Positions 38,654 through 48,898 are shown, counted from the stretch's first letter. The stretch: 64,000 nucleotides of DNA from Thermoplasmatales archaeon SW_10_69_26 (GCA_003009755.1 PXUB01000001.1:32001-96000); one strand, 5' to 3'. Numbers and translations are program-made. Notes: generated from the letters alone by a model not told the origin.

Positions 38654-39699
38654 GCACCGGCGAGACCGTCCAGGCCGTCGAAGAGGAACCGTGCGTCCCC
38701 CACCCACCGATCCACATCGAGGGCAACGAGGACTTCCTCTCACCGGGAAGCGGCGTCATCGCGGGTGCAGGAACCGAACAAGCCCCTTACATCATCGCAG
38801 GCTGGTGCATCGACGGCGACGACGAGACCTGGGATGATGTTGATTTCGGAGCCGACCAACAAAGCGGCATCGTCATCGAGAACACCGATGCCCACGTCCT
38901 AATCGTCAGCAACACCATCACGAACCATGATTACCACGGTGTCCGGCTCAAGGGAGTCGAGAACGCTGAGCTTCGCAACAACACCATCACCAACAACGGC
39001 GACGACGGCGTGTACCTGTTCGAGTCCAGCGACAACAACGTGGTCGAGAACAACACCATCACCAACAACTACGACCACGGCGTGTTCCTGTCGGGGTCCA
39101 GCGACAACGTGGTGCGGGACAACACCATCACCGACAACCGCTACGACGGCGTGGACCTGAAGGGGTCCAGCGACAACAACGTGGTGGAGAACAACACCAT
39201 CACCGACAACCGCCTCGGCGTGTTCCTGGTGGGGTCCAGCGACAACGTGGTGCGGGACAACACCATCACCGACAACGACTACGACGGCGTGGAGCTGTTC
39301 AGGTCCGGCGACAACGTGGTGCGGGACAACGCCATCACCGACAACGACCGGTACGGGGTGGACCTGTTCGGGTCCAGCGACAACGTGGTGGAGGCCAACG
39401 TCCTCCAAGGCAACACCGTAGGCATCACGGTCACAGCGTTCTTCGGGGCCGCGCTGACCGGGACGATCGTCCACGACAACAACATCCACGACAACGACGA
39501 CTTCGGCCTCGAGGTCTCCGCCGGCGTCACCGTCCACGCCGAGAACAACTGGTGGGGCGCCGCCAACGGCCCATCTGGCGGCACCACCGACGCCTGCACC
39601 AGCACCACCGCCGACGGCAACGGCGACGCGATCTCGGGTGGCGACGTCTGCTTCGACCCGTGGCGAACCAGCCCGAACCCCGACGCCGGTGCCGGGTGA
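38551..39699 (+). CDS. Secreted right-handed parallel beta-helix (NosD-like) protein, paralog A
   Basis: Repeats NNTIT.N..GV.L..SSDN; ENNWWG; signal peptide. Confidence 0.88.
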   Translation: MRTQSTLVVVLVAVITTTGFVPVGSAMGMHDAEPSTGETVQAVEEEPCVPHPPIHIEGNEDFLSPGSGVIAGAGTEQAPYIIAGWCIDGDDETWDDVDFGADQQSGIVIENTDAHVLIVSNTITNHDYHGVRLKGVENAELRNNTITNNGDDGVYLFESSDNNVVENNTITNNYDHGVFLSGSSDNVVRDNTITDNRYDGVDLKGSSDNNVVENNTITDNRLGVFLVGSSDNVVRDNTITDNDYDGVELFRSGDNVVRDNAITDNDRYGVDLFGSSDNVVEANVLQGNTVGITVTAFFGAALTGTIVHDNNIHDNDDFGLEVSAGVTVHAENNWWGAANGPSGGTTDACTSTTADGNGDAISGGDVCFDPWRTSPNPDAGAG

Positions 39700-39788
39700 C
39701 GCCGCGCCGCGGGGCTGAACGCGACGCCCAGCTCTCGGCGACGGCACGGGGCGTGGCCTTTGTATGCCGGTGTGCCCTACTCTCCCCC

Positions 39789-40205
39789 TTGCAGCCCGAG
39801 AGGCTGAGCCGCTACGCGGACAAGCTCGACCGCGCCCGCCAGCGATTGGGAGCCTTCGAGGCGTGGAAGCCAACCCCCGAGGGTCCGCTCAAGGATCGGC
39901 TGGCCGGCTACAAGGCTCTGCAGGAGGCCTCCCAGGCCCTGCTGGACACCGCCAGCATGCTGGCCAAGGACCTGGGGACCCCGCCGAAGGACAACCACGC
40001 GAACATCTCGATGCTCGAGGAGCACAACATCCTCTCCGAGGCCCCGGCCAGAGCGCTCCACGAGGTGGCCGGACTCCGCAACAGGCTCGTCCACGAGGAC
40101 AACGGACGCGACGACGAGATCGCGATCGACTCCGCGCGGCGGCTGGCTCCCGACCTCCGAAAGGCGTGCGAGGAGGTGCGATCGTGGCTCTCGAGGAACG
40201 GCTGA
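39789..40205 (+). CDS. HepT-like (DUF86/HEPN) RNase toxin
   Basis: GLRNRLVH (RX4H); YKALQE..QALLD; TTG start inferred. Confidence 0.82.
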   Translation: MQPERLSRYADKLDRARQRLGAFEAWKPTPEGPLKDRLAGYKALQEASQALLDTASMLAKDLGTPPKDNHANISMLEEHNILSEAPARALHEVAGLRNRLVHEDNGRDDEIAIDSARRLAPDLRKACEEVRSWLSRNG

Positions 40206-40603
40206 CCCGGCGCTTTGCACCGATGCGTGACGACGTGCTCGGCGTGATGCTGTGGGGATCGGCTGCCAGGGGCGAGGACGCGTTGACCCCCCAATCCGAC
40301 GTCGACGTGTGCCTCGTGGCAGGCCCCGACGCGGACCCTGTCGAGACGCTCAGACGGGCCTGGCGCACGGTCGACCTCGACGGGTTCGACCACCGCGTCG
40401 ACCTGCACGTCTTCGAGGAGCTGCCCCGCCACTTGCAGGGTGCCGTGATCGACGCCGACCACGTGCTCGTCACCCGGGACGAGCCCGCGCTGTACGAGTA
40501 CCTGTACCCCTACCGCAAGATGTGGGACGACCAGCGCCACCGCCACGAACTGACCCACGACGAGGCACTGGAGATCCTGCGCCGCGGGGGCGGTGAGGCC
40601 TGA
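40184..40603 (+). CDS. MntA-like minimal nucleotidyltransferase antitoxin
   Basis: LWGSAARGE....QSDVDVC; DLHVFEELP. Confidence 0.85.
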   Translation: MALEERLTRRFAPMRDDVLGVMLWGSAARGEDALTPQSDVDVCLVAGPDADPVETLRRAWRTVDLDGFDHRVDLHVFEELPRHLQGAVIDADHVLVTRDEPALYEYLYPYRKMWDDQRHRHELTHDEALEILRRGGGEA

Positions 40604-40649
40604 CCCGCTCGCGGTGACGCCAGCACCGAGCGAGATCGATCCGGCCCGC

Positions 40650-40802
40650 GAGGTCGAGGGGCCTCTGCCCGCACGATCGTCGCAGCGATCACCCGCCCTC
40701 GTCGTCGGACCTCGTCGATCCGGTCCTCGACCGCCGAGGACAGCCGCTCGCTGCCGACGACGTACCACACCAGCAGATGGTCGCGTATCCAGCACTTCCA
40801 TC
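40650..40802 (-). pseudogene. Frameshifted PIN (VapC) remnant
   Basis: MEVLDT then frameshift to HLLVWYVVGSERLSSAVEDRIDE...IAATIVRAE. Confidence 0.5.
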
Positions 40803-41366
40803 TGGTCGAGCGCCGCGAGGAGGCCGACGAGCACGCATCCAGCAAGCCCGAGGACGTCTTCGCCGCGACGGGCCTGGCGGTTGACCCAGGCACGCACGGA
40901 GCCGCAGAAACCGATGGACGTGCCGAGCGCGGAGCGGGACGAGCGGGTGGATCCGTCGATCCCGGACGCGCCGACCGGTGGGCTGGGCGCCGGGCGTCCG
41001 GCGAGCCTGCGGTGAGCCCTCGGCTGGCTCGACCGGGGTGCACGCGGTTTCCGGACAACGCGTTCGCCCCGCGGGATGGCCGATCCCCCACGACGGCACC
41101 AAGGACACGCGCACGAATCCTTTCACCGAGGGAACCGACCTCGCCACCGATGCCGACGACCCCAACAAGCGGTGCCCCAGCTCGCCCGCAAACGACCCTG
41201 GTTGACCCGTCGCGGAGTAATTTGACCCCGCCCTGCACCTGTCGCTTACACGGGCGCGGTCGGCATCTCCTCGGTGATGCTGGACACCGCGCACGCGCGG
41301 TCGGAAACCTCGCCCGGTGACGTCACCCGGGCTCGCCCGGTCGACCCCTCGCGCGCAAACCGCGAG

Positions 41367-42062
41367 ATGGCGCCCCGCCTGTCGTTCTCGGACGACGATA
41401 TGATCGACCCGATCCCGGTGCCCGAGGGCGAGGTCACGCTGGTCGAAGGGGTCTGCGGCACCGAACCGATGCGGCACCGCCTGGTCGTCGAGCAGGCCCG
41501 CGCGGGCCAGGCCACGATGCACGTGCTCGGCGGAGACCGATTGGACACAACCGGGCTGGCCCGGCGGGCGCAAGCCGACAACCTGGACCCAGGCTACGTG
41601 TTGCGGTCGAGCATCGTAGCGCGCGCGTTCACCGCCTACCAGTTGAGTGTGCTCGTCGAGGAGCGGCTGCCCCAAGCGTTGGCCCGCGTGGACCGGTTGT
41701 CGGTGGCGCTGGTCGTGGACCCGTTGCGGTTGTACACGGACGAGGACGTGCGCCGGGCCGAGGCCAAGCGCCTGGCCTCGCGCGCATTCGACGAGATCGC
41801 AACGACCGCCGAAACCAACAAACTGCCGGTCGTGCTCGTGCAACCGCCCCGCGCCGAGCGCCCCGAGCTGTTGGCGCAGGCGCGCGAGCTGGCGACAAAG
41901 CACGTGCTCGTGCAAGCCCAGGGCGAGGGCTCGGTGCAAAGCGGGCAACGCCGCCCCGAACTCGTGGTCACGTTGCCCGGCGAGGACCAGCGCCACCGCG
42001 TGCAGGATCCGCGACGACGCCAGGCGCGCTTGAACCGGTTCACAAGCGGGGGGACCGCGTAG
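41367..42062 (+). CDS. Degenerate RecA/RadA-superfamily protein (PolB2-associated)
   Basis: GEVTLVEG without GKT; VARAFTAYQL; LVVDP..LY.DEDV. Confidence 0.75.
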   Translation: MAPRLSFSDDDMIDPIPVPEGEVTLVEGVCGTEPMRHRLVVEQARAGQATMHVLGGDRLDTTGLARRAQADNLDPGYVLRSSIVARAFTAYQLSVLVEERLPQALARVDRLSVALVVDPLRLYTDEDVRRAEAKRLASRAFDEIATTAETNKLPVVLVQPPRAERPELLAQARELATKHVLVQAQGEGSVQSGQRRPELVVTLPGEDQRHRVQDPRRRQARLNRFTSGGTA

Positions 42063-42313
42063 TGGGGCGCACGTTGCCCACGTTCCGGGCGCTGCTGGAC
42101 CGGTTGGAGCGCGAGTGGTCGGACTACCGGCGCGTGCTGTCCGACGAGGAAAAGCGGCGCTGGGACGTACTGTGGCAGCAGGCCCGCCGGCACGCGAGCG
42201 CGAGCACGAACGCGGCGCCGCTGAACCCGATGGAGGCGGCCCTGCTGTCGATGCTGCTCGAGCAGGAGAAACGGCTGCAGGAACTGGAACGCGAGCTGGA
42301 TGCCAGGGACTGA
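42062..42313 (+). CDS. Small helical PolB2-associated protein (arCOG07300-like)
   Basis: MGRTLPTFR...EWSDYRR.L...ARRHA.A...LLSMLLEQEK. Confidence 0.8.
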   Translation: MGRTLPTFRALLDRLEREWSDYRRVLSDEEKRRWDVLWQQARRHASASTNAAPLNPMEAALLSMLLEQEKRLQELERELDARD

Positions 42314-42545
42314 GGCTCCGGGCCTCGACGGGCGCGAGTGGGCCCCATGGCGAGGTGTCCGGCGCTTGGTTCCCGGACGCGGTTGTCGGGCGTGCCCGCG
42401 GACGCGCTCGCAGCGCCCGCCCAGCGTCTGTTGCGCCGGGCCGGCTCCGGCACCGATGCGCCCGGCGAGGCGGCGTGACCCGGCCCGCGCGTAGTTTCGC
42501 CCATCTCTGACCGGCTGGTTTTCCCGGGACCGTGTCCAACGGGGG

Positions 42546-44897
42546 GTGCGATCCCGCGTGGACGCGTTCGTGCTCGACTGCCACCCGGACCCGGTCGCCA
42601 ACGAGATGGTGCTCTGGTTGAAAACCCGCGACACCGGGCAGGCGTTCTCGCGCCGCTACGACATGGCGGCCACGTTTTACGCGGCCCCGCGCGACGACGA
42701 GCAGGGGCTGGCGGACCTGGAGGCGATGCTGGACGAGGTGCCCCAGGTCACGCACGAGCGCGTCGAGCGCTTGCGATCGCTGGACACCAAGCCCAGCACG
42801 GTGCTCCAGGCGCGCGTTCATACCCTGGACACGTTTCACTCGCTGGCGCGCGCGGTGGACCGGTTGGGCGAGCACCGGGCCTACGATGTGTACGACGTGG
42901 ACTTGGGGCTCTCCCATCAGTTCCTGCTCGAGCACGAGCTGTTCCCGTTCGCGAACGTGCGCGTGGGCGACACCGTGGACGCGGTGGACGGGCAGTGGGA
43001 TTTATCCTACGAGCCGCCCGCGTTGTCGCGGGCCGAGCTCACCGCAACGACGAGCGCGCCCAGCGGCCGCGTGGACCGGCACGCGGACCCGATCGCTAAG
43101 GTGCGCCTGAGCACCGCAAGCGACGAGCGCGTGTTCGACGGACCCGAGAGCCGGATCCTGGCCGAGTTGAACGAGGCGTTGGCCACCGTGGACCCGGACG
43201 TGTTGCTCACCGAGCGCGGCGACCGGTTCCTGGTGCGCTACTTGCACCGCCGGGCGCGCGAGGCCGGCGTGGACCTGCAGTTGGGGCGGGCCCGCGACCC
43301 GGACGAGCCGTTGCGCTCGGGGTCCTCGTACTCCTCGTACGGGCAGATCAAGTACCAACCCCGGGTCGAGGTGCTGCACGGCCGGTTGCACGTGGACAAG
43401 CGCGACTCGTTCTTCTACGACGAGGCGGGCTTTTGGGGGTTGGTGGACCTGTCCCGGATCACGAGCACCCCGCTCCAGGAGCTGGCGCGCGTGGGCGCGG
43501 GCACGGCGGTGACGGCGATCCAGATCGACCGCGCCAAGCGTGAGGGCCGCCTGGTGCCCTGGAAGAAGAACTTCCCCGAGGAGCCGAAGACCGAGCACAC
43601 GCTGGTCAAGGCCGACCGAGGCGGGTTCATCTTCGACCCCGACGTGGGCGTGTTCGAGAACGTGGTCGAGCTGGACTTCGCGTCGATGTACCCGAACATC
43701 ATGGTCACGCGCAACGTGAGCCCGGAGACGATCCTGTGCGATTGCTGCGACCCCGACGACGAGGGGGTTCAACGGGTGCCCCAGGTCGGGTACCACACGT
43801 GCAAGGACAGCGGGTTCATCGGGCGCGCGCTCGAGCCGTTGATCGACCGGCGCGAGCGGTTCAAGCGGCTCCGCGGCGAGCACCCCGAGGAGAGGGACCG
43901 CTACCAGGCCGCCGTGGACGCGATCAAGTGGCTGGCCGTGTGCTCGTTCGGGTATCAAGGCTACAAGAACGCGCGTTTCGGCCGCATCGAGTGCCACGAG
44001 GCGATCTGCGCGTGGGGTCGCGAGATCCTGCTCACCTGCTCGGAGATCGCCCGCGAGGAGGGCTTCGAGATCGTGCACGGGATCGTGGACAGCGTCTGGG
44101 TGCAACCCGTGGAGGACTGGGCGGACCCCCAGCGCTTGGCCCGCCGGGTCACCGAGGCCCTCGACATCGAGCTCGAGGTCGAGGGCACCTACGATTGGAT
44201 CGTGTTCTTGCCCACGCGCTCCTACGCGTTGGGCCTGGAGCCGGAGGCCGAGGACGAGGTCGAGGCCGCCGGCGCCCTCAACCGTTTCTACGGGTGCTTC
44301 GCGACGCCGCCGGACGCGCCCTCGCGCAGCCAAGCCGGGCAAGAGGCGGACTATATCGAGCAGGGCCGGGTCAAGGTGCGCGGTGTCGAGTTGCGGCAGC
44401 GTTCGTGTCCGGGCGTGGTGCAGCGCGCCCAAGAGGTGGTGTTGCGCGAGCTGGCGCGGGCCCGCGACCGCGAGGGCTTCCGCGAGCGGTTGCCGCACGC
44501 CCTGGACCGCGTGGAACCCATGCTCGACGATCTCCGTGCCGGCCGCGTGGGCTCGGAGGACCTGACGATCACGAAGCGCGTCTCGCGCCGCGCGGAGGAC
44601 TACCGGTCCCGCACGGACACGTGGGCCGCGCTCTCCCAGCTCGAGCAAGCCGGCGTGGACGTGCCCCCGGGCGATTTCGTGCGGTTCGTGGTCACCGACG
44701 ACGACGCCACCGCGCCCGAGCACCGGCTCGTGGAGACCCGATGCATGGATGGCGAGCCCGACTACGATCACGACCACTACGAGACGCTGATCCTGCGCGG
44801 GCTCGAGTCCCTGTTGTTGCCGCTGGGCTGGGATCAAGAACGCCTGGGGGACCGGTTCGCGCGCGTCGACGAGCCCACACTGTGGCGGTTCGCGTGA
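42546..44897 (+). CDS. polB2: Family B DNA polymerase, PolB2/Dpo2 group
   Basis: DRGGFIFDP, ELDFASMYPNIM..NVSPET, KWLAVCSFGY, HGIVDS, KVRGVE; exonuclease motifs eroded. Confidence 0.9.
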   Translation: MRSRVDAFVLDCHPDPVANEMVLWLKTRDTGQAFSRRYDMAATFYAAPRDDEQGLADLEAMLDEVPQVTHERVERLRSLDTKPSTVLQARVHTLDTFHSLARAVDRLGEHRAYDVYDVDLGLSHQFLLEHELFPFANVRVGDTVDAVDGQWDLSYEPPALSRAELTATTSAPSGRVDRHADPIAKVRLSTASDERVFDGPESRILAELNEALATVDPDVLLTERGDRFLVRYLHRRAREAGVDLQLGRARDPDEPLRSGSSYSSYGQIKYQPRVEVLHGRLHVDKRDSFFYDEAGFWGLVDLSRITSTPLQELARVGAGTAVTAIQIDRAKREGRLVPWKKNFPEEPKTEHTLVKADRGGFIFDPDVGVFENVVELDFASMYPNIMVTRNVSPETILCDCCDPDDEGVQRVPQVGYHTCKDSGFIGRALEPLIDRRERFKRLRGEHPEERDRYQAAVDAIKWLAVCSFGYQGYKNARFGRIECHEAICAWGREILLTCSEIAREEGFEIVHGIVDSVWVQPVEDWADPQRLARRVTEALDIELEVEGTYDWIVFLPTRSYALGLEPEAEDEVEAAGALNRFYGCFATPPDAPSRSQAGQEADYIEQGRVKVRGVELRQRSCPGVVQRAQEVVLRELARARDREGFRERLPHALDRVEPMLDDLRAGRVGSEDLTITKRVSRRAEDYRSRTDTWAALSQLEQAGVDVPPGDFVRFVVTDDDATAPEHRLVETRCMDGEPDYDHDHYETLILRGLESLLLPLGWDQERLGDRFARVDEPTLWRFA

Positions 44898-45094
44898 TGG
44901 GGCGGCTGGCGCTTGGGGCGTGGCATCGGGTTGGGATCGGTTCCGACGGGTTGTGCAGGTCGTGGACCTCGGAGACGTGCCGTGGCACGGTTCGCGGGGC
45001 CGGCGGGGTCGCCATCGACGACCGGAACCGAGGCCAGTGGTCCGAGAAGGTTTAACATCTCGTGGCTGCCTGCGGCGCTCGGAGGAGGGAGGCC

Positions 45095-46216
45095 ATGCGA
45101 CCACAGTCCACGCTCGTCGTCGCGCTCGTCGCCGTGATCACCACCACCGGGTTCGTGCCCGTGGGCAGTGCGATGGGCATGCACGATGCCGAGCCAACCA
45201 GCGACGAGCGCCACGAGGTCCTGGACCCGGCACCGGTCTCTACTGTCGAAGCGGCGGATTGCGTCCCCCACCCACCGATCCGGATCACCGAGAACCAGGG
45301 CCCCGACGGGTTCATCCTCGGCCACGAACCGGCCACCGGCGAACCCATCTATCGACCCGGTAGCGGCGTCACGGCCGGCGAGGGCACCGAGGAGGACCCC
45401 TACGTGATCTCGGGTTGGTGCATCGAGGACTCCCCCATCAGCGAGGTCACCAACCGCCTCTTGGGGATCGAGATCCGTGGAACGAGCGCGCACGTTGTCA
45501 TCCAAGACAACGTCATCACAGGACACGATCGCGGTGGGATGAAGCTGGATGGAGCCGAGACCGTAACCATCCACAACAACACCATCACCGACAACGGCCG
45601 GGGCGGCCTGATCCTGTCGGGGTCCAGCCCCTACGTGGTGCAGGACAACACCCTCACCGACAACGACCGGTACGGCGTGGTCCTGTACGGGACCAGCGAC
45701 AGCGTGGTGCAGGACAACACCCTCACCGAGAACGACGACGCCGTGGTCCTGTTCAGGTCCAGCCACAGCGTGGTGCAGGACAACACCCTCACCGAGAACG
45801 ACGACGGCGTCGTCCTGTCGGGGTCCAACGACAACGCGGTGCGGGACAACACCATCACCGACAACGCCGACGGCGTGGAGCTGTTCAGGTCCAGCAACAA
45901 CGCGGTGCGCGCCAACACCGTCACCGACAACGGCGACGACGGCGTGGTCCTGTTCGAGCTTAGCGACAACAACGTGGTGGAGAACAACAACATCCACGAC
46001 AACACCGGCGCCGGCCTCCTCGCCGAGGACCTCTCCGAGCCCGTGGACGCCACCGACAACTGGTGGGGCCACGACACCGGCCCCAGCGGCGGCGAAACCG
46101 ACGCCTGCACCGACACCACCGCCGACGGGCAAGGCGACGCGATCACGACAAGCAACGCCGAGGTGTGCTTTGCCCCGTGGCGAACCAGCCCGAACCCCGA
46201 CGCGGGCGCGGGCTGA
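45095..46216 (+). CDS. Secreted right-handed parallel beta-helix (NosD-like) protein, paralog B
   Basis: Same N- and C-termini as 38551-39699; repeat core differs. Confidence 0.88.
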   Translation: MRPQSTLVVALVAVITTTGFVPVGSAMGMHDAEPTSDERHEVLDPAPVSTVEAADCVPHPPIRITENQGPDGFILGHEPATGEPIYRPGSGVTAGEGTEEDPYVISGWCIEDSPISEVTNRLLGIEIRGTSAHVVIQDNVITGHDRGGMKLDGAETVTIHNNTITDNGRGGLILSGSSPYVVQDNTLTDNDRYGVVLYGTSDSVVQDNTLTENDDAVVLFRSSHSVVQDNTLTENDDGVVLSGSNDNAVRDNTITDNADGVELFRSSNNAVRANTVTDNGDDGVVLFELSDNNVVENNNIHDNTGAGLLAEDLSEPVDATDNWWGHDTGPSGGETDACTDTTADGQGDAITTSNAEVCFAPWRTSPNPDAGAG

Positions 46217-46448
46217 GTGCGCCCACAAGCGTGTCCCCCGCGCGTTCGATTCCAACCCGCCCTACCGTGACAGGTGGCCAGCGCGGGGTGCCGACGCTGG
46301 TTTTCGGGGGTCGCGCAGCCGCGAGCCCTAGACTGCCGGCTGTGCTTGGGTTAAGCTCTCGCTCGGCCTCAGGCGGTGAAAGCGCGGAGCCGAGACGAAG
46401 GAGTAGCCGGAGGCTACTTCGATGTCCGCCGCCTGAGGGCGGCCCCGC

Positions 46449-46780
46449 CGTGAGGGGGGTCACGGAGACCGCTCCCCCTCGATTTGGTGAACATTTCCTG
46501 GCCACCCGCTCGGATGGGGAAACCGTGAGACCGGAAATGTTCTGGTGCGCCGGTCTGCGGCGGGCAATCTTGCTGTACGAATCGAAGATGCGCAGCCGAG
46601 ATCGGTCCGGACGGCGGACCGATGCTCGGCCGTTGTCGCCCCCGTGAGATCTCGCCCGCCCGGGCGATCTTAGCCGCGACCGGATCCCTGATCCGGGCCG
46701 TGTCCGTCGACAACCCGACTGAGGGGGGTCGCAGCCACCGCTCCCCCTCGATTTGATGAAAATTTCCTCTCCGACCGCGG
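46449..46780. repeat. Degenerate intergenic repeats
   Basis: tgaggggggtc...accgctccccctcgatttg.tgaa.atttcct at ~46450-46499 and ~46720-46768; includes the copy of the 33380-33530 element. Confidence 0.75.
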
Positions 46781-46836
46781 GCCTGCAACCACCGGAGGCG
46801 GCAGTCTAGCTCGGTACGTCTCGCCCCGAGGCCCCT

Positions 46837-47157
46837 TCACCGGTCGGTCCCGCGGCCGAAGAACTGCCCCAGCAGCTCGGCCTGGTCGTCCTCGTAGGGA
46901 TCGCGGACGAGCCGGACCTCGGTCCCCTCCGAGACGGGGTGCCGCACGCGGACCTCGGCCTCCTGCCCCTCGTCGGCCGACTCGACCGGTTCGCGGTTCT
47001 GCCGCAGGGCGGTGACCGCCTCCTCGAAGTCGGCGTCCGTCCCCTGGAAGTGGACGACGTCACCCAGCTCGAGGTGGCCCTTGTCCACACGCACGTTCGC
47101 CATCTGCGTCTCCGGCGAGTAGGATCGCACCGTGCCGACGTGCTCCTCAGGTTGCAT
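46837..47157 (-). CDS. Translation-factor-like beta-barrel small protein
   Basis: VGTVRSY..VRVDKGHLELGDVVHFQG..DFEEAV..PVESADEGQEA. Confidence 0.7.
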   Translation of the reverse strand: MQPEEHVGTVRSYSPETQMANVRVDKGHLELGDVVHFQGTDADFEEAVTALRQNREPVESADEGQEAEVRVRHPVSEGTEVRLVRDPYEDDQAELLGQFFGRGTDR

Positions 47158-47267
47158 ACCCCGCCCTTTCATGCCAACCCCTGTCAAGGGTTCCTCAGCG
47201 GGTCCTTGCCGGTCCCAGGGCCGCCTTGAACGACAGGCTTTTGTCCACCCGATCCGCCTCGTGGGCG

Positions 47268-48332
47268 ATGGCGTCGCTGGGCGAACGGCTCGCCGAGGCC
47301 CGCAAGGCCGGACATCAACTGGCGCGGGCGCCCGAGCGTCGCAAGGTGGCCGTGGCCGCCTTCGTGGACGAGCTGGCCCCCGCGGACCGGCCCTCACTGT
47401 TCCCGGACGCGCGCTCGGTCGCCGCCTTCGAGGACCCCATCGGCACGATCACCGCCACCCGCGAGACCGCCCCTGGCCGGCAGACGGTGGACGTGCGGGT
47501 GCCGGCGGGGCTCGTGCTCGCCGATGCGCCAGCCGTGGATCTGATCGCGGCCGCGATCGCCGCCGGCGACGCCCTCGCCCTGACCGGCGCCGACGACCGC
47601 CTGGCGTTGGCCCGCCAGGCCCTGGAGACCGCCGGCCTCCCAGTGCAGGCCTTGCTCGCCCTCGAGACGGGCGAGGGCGAGGAGGCCGGCGCCCACGCCG
47701 ATCGGGTGATCGGCGGGCCCTCGCCCTCCAGAGATCGGACCGGCGCCTGCCACGTGTTCGTGGACGGAGCCGCCGACGTCGACGAGGCGCTGGCCGTGTG
47801 CCGGGAGGCCCTCACCGGCGAACCGCAGGCCGTGCAGGCGGACACCGTGCTGGTTCACGAAGCCCTGGAAGGGGCGTTGTTGCCTGCGCTGGGCGAGGCG
47901 TTGGCCGAGACGGGGATCGAGCCCGTGGCCGGCGAGGTGGCTCGCCGACGGCTCTCCCGTGCCCGCCCCGCCGAGCGAGCCACCTGGTTGGGCCGGTCGG
48001 GATCGAGGGCTGTCGGTGTCCGGGTCGTGGGCTCGGTGACCGAGGCGCTGGCGCACGTTCACGCTCACGGCTCGGGCCGTTCGGAGGCGATCGTCACCGC
48101 CGAACCGAGCGCAGCCGAGTCCTTCCTCTTGGGCGCCGAGGCCGAGCACGCGGTCCTCAACGGGCCGACGACGCTGGGCGCCCAACCGCGGCCGCCGAGG
48201 GACACCGTGGAGCCGGATGCGGTGGACGTGGAGGCGCTCACCGCGACCCGGAGCCTCCACCTGCCGGCGCCCGAGGAGGCCCCGGCGGCGACGCTGGCCG
48301 AGCGACTCGATCGAGCGCTGAGGCCGCGGTGA
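47268..48332 (+). CDS. Divergent gamma-glutamyl phosphate reductase (ProA)-like protein
   Basis: GACHVFVD.AAD, DTVLVH, EALAHV..HGSGRSEAIVT; catalytic CNA motif absent. Confidence 0.7.
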   Translation: MASLGERLAEARKAGHQLARAPERRKVAVAAFVDELAPADRPSLFPDARSVAAFEDPIGTITATRETAPGRQTVDVRVPAGLVLADAPAVDLIAAAIAAGDALALTGADDRLALARQALETAGLPVQALLALETGEGEEAGAHADRVIGGPSPSRDRTGACHVFVDGAADVDEALAVCREALTGEPQAVQADTVLVHEALEGALLPALGEALAETGIEPVAGEVARRRLSRARPAERATWLGRSGSRAVGVRVVGSVTEALAHVHAHGSGRSEAIVTAEPSAAESFLLGAEAEHAVLNGPTTLGAQPRPPRDTVEPDAVDVEALTATRSLHLPAPEEAPAATLAERLDRALRPR

Positions 48333-48752
48333 TCACCGGGGATCGATGCCGAGGCTCTCGAGGGCCTCCTCGGCGAGCTGTTCGCCCTCGTCGACGGGGG
48401 CGCTCATCGGTTCCCCGCCCGCTCGGGCCTCGAGATCCGGTTCCCGCATGACGCCAGCCCGCCCCTGGACGACGAGCCCGAAGGCCGGCCACCGCAACCG
48501 GGCCCCCTGGGAGTGGGCGTCCACGTCTGGGTCGGCCGGCACGGTCTCGGCGAAGGCCTGCAACCCCCGAGCCATGCGCCAGGCGCTGTGCAGGGCGAAC
48601 GCGACCAGCGTGAGAGCTACGACGAGGCCCAGCTGGAAGGCCAGCGTCATGCCCGTGATGCGCGCCCCGGCGACGATCGGCACCCCGAAGGCTGCCGCCA
48701 GGCCGAGACCTCGCAGGCTGCTGCGCGCCGCCAGGGACCAAGCGCTGGGCAC
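48333..48752 (-). CDS. Hypothetical membrane protein
   Basis: Two TM segments then a soluble domain; start uncertain. Confidence 0.5.
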   Translation of the reverse strand: MPSAWSLAARSSLRGLGLAAAFGVPIVAGARITGMTLAFQLGLVVALTLVAFALHSAWRMARGLQAFAETVPADPDVDAHSQGARLRWPAFGLVVQGRAGVMREPDLEARAGGEPMSAPVDEGEQLAEEALESLGIDPR

Positions 48753-48898
48753 GCGACGGGATGGCTCCCCGGTCAGCAAAAGCGTTGCGGCCGACCGGGG
48801 AAACAGGGCAACACTCACGAGCCCCGGTCGGGTAAGCCTGTGCCCGTGAGTATGCCTGCCTGTCACCGGCTTGGGGCCCACGGGAGGTCCCGGCGTTG

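Noticed and set aside
38551-46216. Diversity-generating retroelement acting on the AAC-rich beta-helix genes
   Set aside because: No reverse transcriptase; differences are not adenine-specific and AAC codons are the conserved positions
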